A DNA stretch of 63,894 nt, the filler included, from Saprolegnia diclina VS20 (lineage: Eukaryota), in assembly GCF_000281045.1 (NCBI RefSeq). It is 8 parts of 4 records of this genome, joined end to end, with 100 filler letters (N's around TTAATTAATTAA, not from the genome) between each part and the next. Parts side by side here need not be neighbours in the genome. Positions count along the whole stretch, not along the records: positions 60,656 to 62,720 come from NW_008246171.1; positions 62,821 to 63,894 come from NW_008246179.1; 6 more parts are not named here. One strand, given 5' to 3'. Under the pieces are notes generated by a model. It was not told where the DNA came from, made no database searches, and saw nothing but the letters and a program-made list of their open reading frames with translations. How positions within the stretch are numbered: the first letter of the stretch is position 1; each line of letters begins with the position of its first letter. The position numbers and the translations under genes are program-made. Positions 61,481-63,894 of the stretch are shown here, in pieces.

Positions 61481-62982
61481 TTTGGAGCGAGATGCTTTTA
61501 GCTCACAATGCTCGGGCTTCCGCACTCGCGGCGATCTAGTGTCACAACGCGTGTGAAGTTATTTATGCGTCCTCGTATGTCACAGGTCGCAAAATGTCGA
61601 TTCCTATGACGTGGCACTCGGAGAATGTCCCATTTCGACGCAAACGTTCAGTCGTGTAAGAGAAAAAGCGAGCACGACAAAGAAGAAACGCAGTGCTTTT
61701 ACAAGAGAATTGTAGAAGCCTTGAGGGCTTCTCATTCCGCAATTTGCGCTGCAGGGCCTCGGCCGCACGGCACCGCGTCGCACGGCAGGGCGGTCGCAAG
61801 CGGGCGTCCTGTCGACTGTGGACGGTGACACTCGTGTGGCCGAGGTCCTTCTTTCGCCACGCATCCCTGCAGTACAGGACGTTGACTCGCCATGGAAGCA
61901 AAGATCGCAGCGTCTTCATGCGCGAATTGGCTTGGGTCTGCGTCGTCGAGGATCGATGATCGCCAAGCTCGATNNNNNNNNNNNNNNNNNNNNNNNNNNN
62001 NNNNNNNNNNNNNNNNNNNNNNNNNNNNNNNNNNNNNNNNNNNNNNNNNNNNNNNNNNNNNNNNNNNNNNNNNAAGCGCTTCGTGCCCGAGAAGGCGATC
62101 TTAGACCAGTTGCAACTCGAGAACACGATCAGTCGAGGCAAATTGCCAAGTGCCAGACCCGCGCGTCTTTACTGTAAGTGTGAATACAGTGTAAGCACGC
62201 GCATTTTGCGCACCCTTGTCGACTTACTCGAGCTTCATAGCGCTGCAGGACCGAAAGAGTAGCTCGGCGCCCACAGGACCCGTGCAGCAGGGTTTTAAGG
62301 AAGGGCGTGGAGATCGTGGCGAGGTCCCAGCGGTCGAGCGCACGTCGAACAGCGCCCATGAACGTAGATCCAAGTACAATACCAATTTGTCAACCTGATA
62401 TGCTTCGGCTCTTGCACCACTACACTGCATTGGCCAGTGGTCCCTCGAACACCTATGGCAACCTCAAGCTGATTCCGTAGATGTGTCGACGAGTTTGGAT
62501 TAGCGATTGCGATAAATCCACAAAGGTAATGATGATATGCATGACCAATCATTGCAAAGTGGCGACAGGTTGTACCGAATCAACAACGAGAAATTAGTCT
62601 TCCTGCTTCGCCAAGCTTCTTCATGAAGGCTGCATCGTATCCTTTCTTGGAAATGGCATGTGCCATGTACAAGCTCGTCATGATGCCGCAAATAGTGCAA
62701 TTCGGCATCACTTTGGACACNNNNNNNNNNNNNNNNNNNNNNNNNNNNNNNNNNNNNNNNNNNNTTAATTAATTAANNNNNNNNNNNNNNNNNNNNNNNN
62801 NNNNNNNNNNNNNNNNNNNNTGAGAACACGACCACGAACCTCGTTGGGGAACGATGACGAGGCGAGCATGGTTGGACTGTCTACATGCTGACATCGTACA
62901 ACGGCTGGAAGAAGGCGAGAGATGCATGATACCCCCAGTGTACGCTGGCATGCACAGGCTGTGTGGACCGATCGAGTGCTAA

Positions 62983-63773
62983 GAGCATCTCCAACGCGGT
63001 ACCGCTATAGCTAATCTATAACTGTCACGCTTGTTATTGCATGTCGCATGGTGCTATAGCGGTGAAAATGTGGTCCAACGCACCGCTATAGTTATGGCTA
63101 TCGCTAAAAAATCGAGGTCTGCCGCTATAGGAGGCCTCTATAGCGGTGAAGTTATGCTGCCGCTAAAGAGCGTAGACGAGGCAGAAAAGGTAACAGCCAA
63201 CCGAAACGTCCCGTGGGAGTTGCCCGCGAGAACGAAGCATGGGTCATGGGCGCGCGCACTGCGCAGAGGCGGTCCGAGGACGAGAACAGGCAACTTGCAC
63301 GGGCGCTGGCCCATGTGAGCCCTTCGTCGGTCGTCGATACTCCACTTCTAAGCCTCAATCCGCCGTGGTCGCGCGTAGATTGGACGCTGCTTGCCGACAC
63401 TCTAGGCCCAGTGCTGCGCATACATGTATACGTAGGTGTATATCGTCGTCCATCGGCAGCGCCAGCACTCCTTGCCCCTCCCGGCGCCCGCGCTTCTCCT
63501 GCCTGCTCTTCCAGTCCTCACTCTTCCAGCCACGCTCCTCCGAGCGGCCTTCGCTTCTCTCGTTCATGCGCCAAGCGTTCTCCTCCGTGCGCTACGTTTT
63601 TCACTCCCGCTCTAAGCGGCCGGGTGCGCGCTGTCAGCCAATCCGTAGCGATAGCGATAGCTATAGATTCAACTCCCATTGGAGCACATCGTTTAGCACA
63701 CCGCTAAAATATGAGAAAGGTCGGTTATAACGCGTTTAGCTATAGCTATAGCGGCGGCGCGTTGGAGATGCTC
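62983..63773. mobile_element. PIF/Harbinger (Tourist-like) MITE, 791 bp
   Basis: Perfect 16-bp TIR GAGCATCTCCAACGCG (62983-62998 / 63758-63773), TAA TSD on both sides, subterminal CCGCTATAG repeats. Confidence 0.92.
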
Positions 63774-63850
63774 TAAGGACCTTCTCTGCACTACTTGACG
63801 GCGCATGAGCAAAGAGCTGTCGAGTATCTGTTTTGTGAATCAAGTTGCCG

Positions 63851-63894
63851 CGTTAGATCCGTGGTCGAGAGCAATGTAACCAAGGCCACGGGTC
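63851..63894. repeat. 44-bp terminal direct repeat, right copy
   Basis: Identical to 1-44. Confidence 0.97.

Noticed and set aside
11483..62820. TTAATTAATTAA palindrome repeated seven times (11527, 22529, 36233, 45234, 52920, 60600, 62765)
   Set aside because: Always centred in N44-linker-N44 100-bp gaps; an artificial six-frame-stop spacer, so adjacency across these gaps is also uncertain
1..63894. rRNA/tRNA genes
   Set aside because: None recognised by eye; tRNAscan/Infernal would be needed to exclude them

Overview
Eukaryotic, GC-rich draft scaffold, most likely from a saprolegnialean oomycete (Saprolegnia/Achlya-like; inferred from 40-60 nt GT-AG introns, Inr+FPR core promoters and the gene families). 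It has eleven 100-bp assembly gaps, seven carrying an artificial TTAATTAATTAA linker. In order: six tandem intronless PH-domain genes; a spliced, miniaturised S10 carboxypeptidase-like gene; a spliced SAP30 Sin3-binding domain + ING-type PHD fusion; an ankyrin gene; a degenerate fatty acyl-AMP ligase; a large multi-TM protein; nested non-LTR retroelement fragments; a duplicated cluster of ankyrin / ankyrin-TKL kinase genes and pseudogenes with one repeat per exon; an ABCC transporter; two 2OG-oxygenase-like paralogs; three tandem Myb1R genes; an L1 fragment; and a PIF/Harbinger MITE. The first 44 bp are repeated exactly as the last 44 bp. All family calls come from motif recognition by eye, not database searches.
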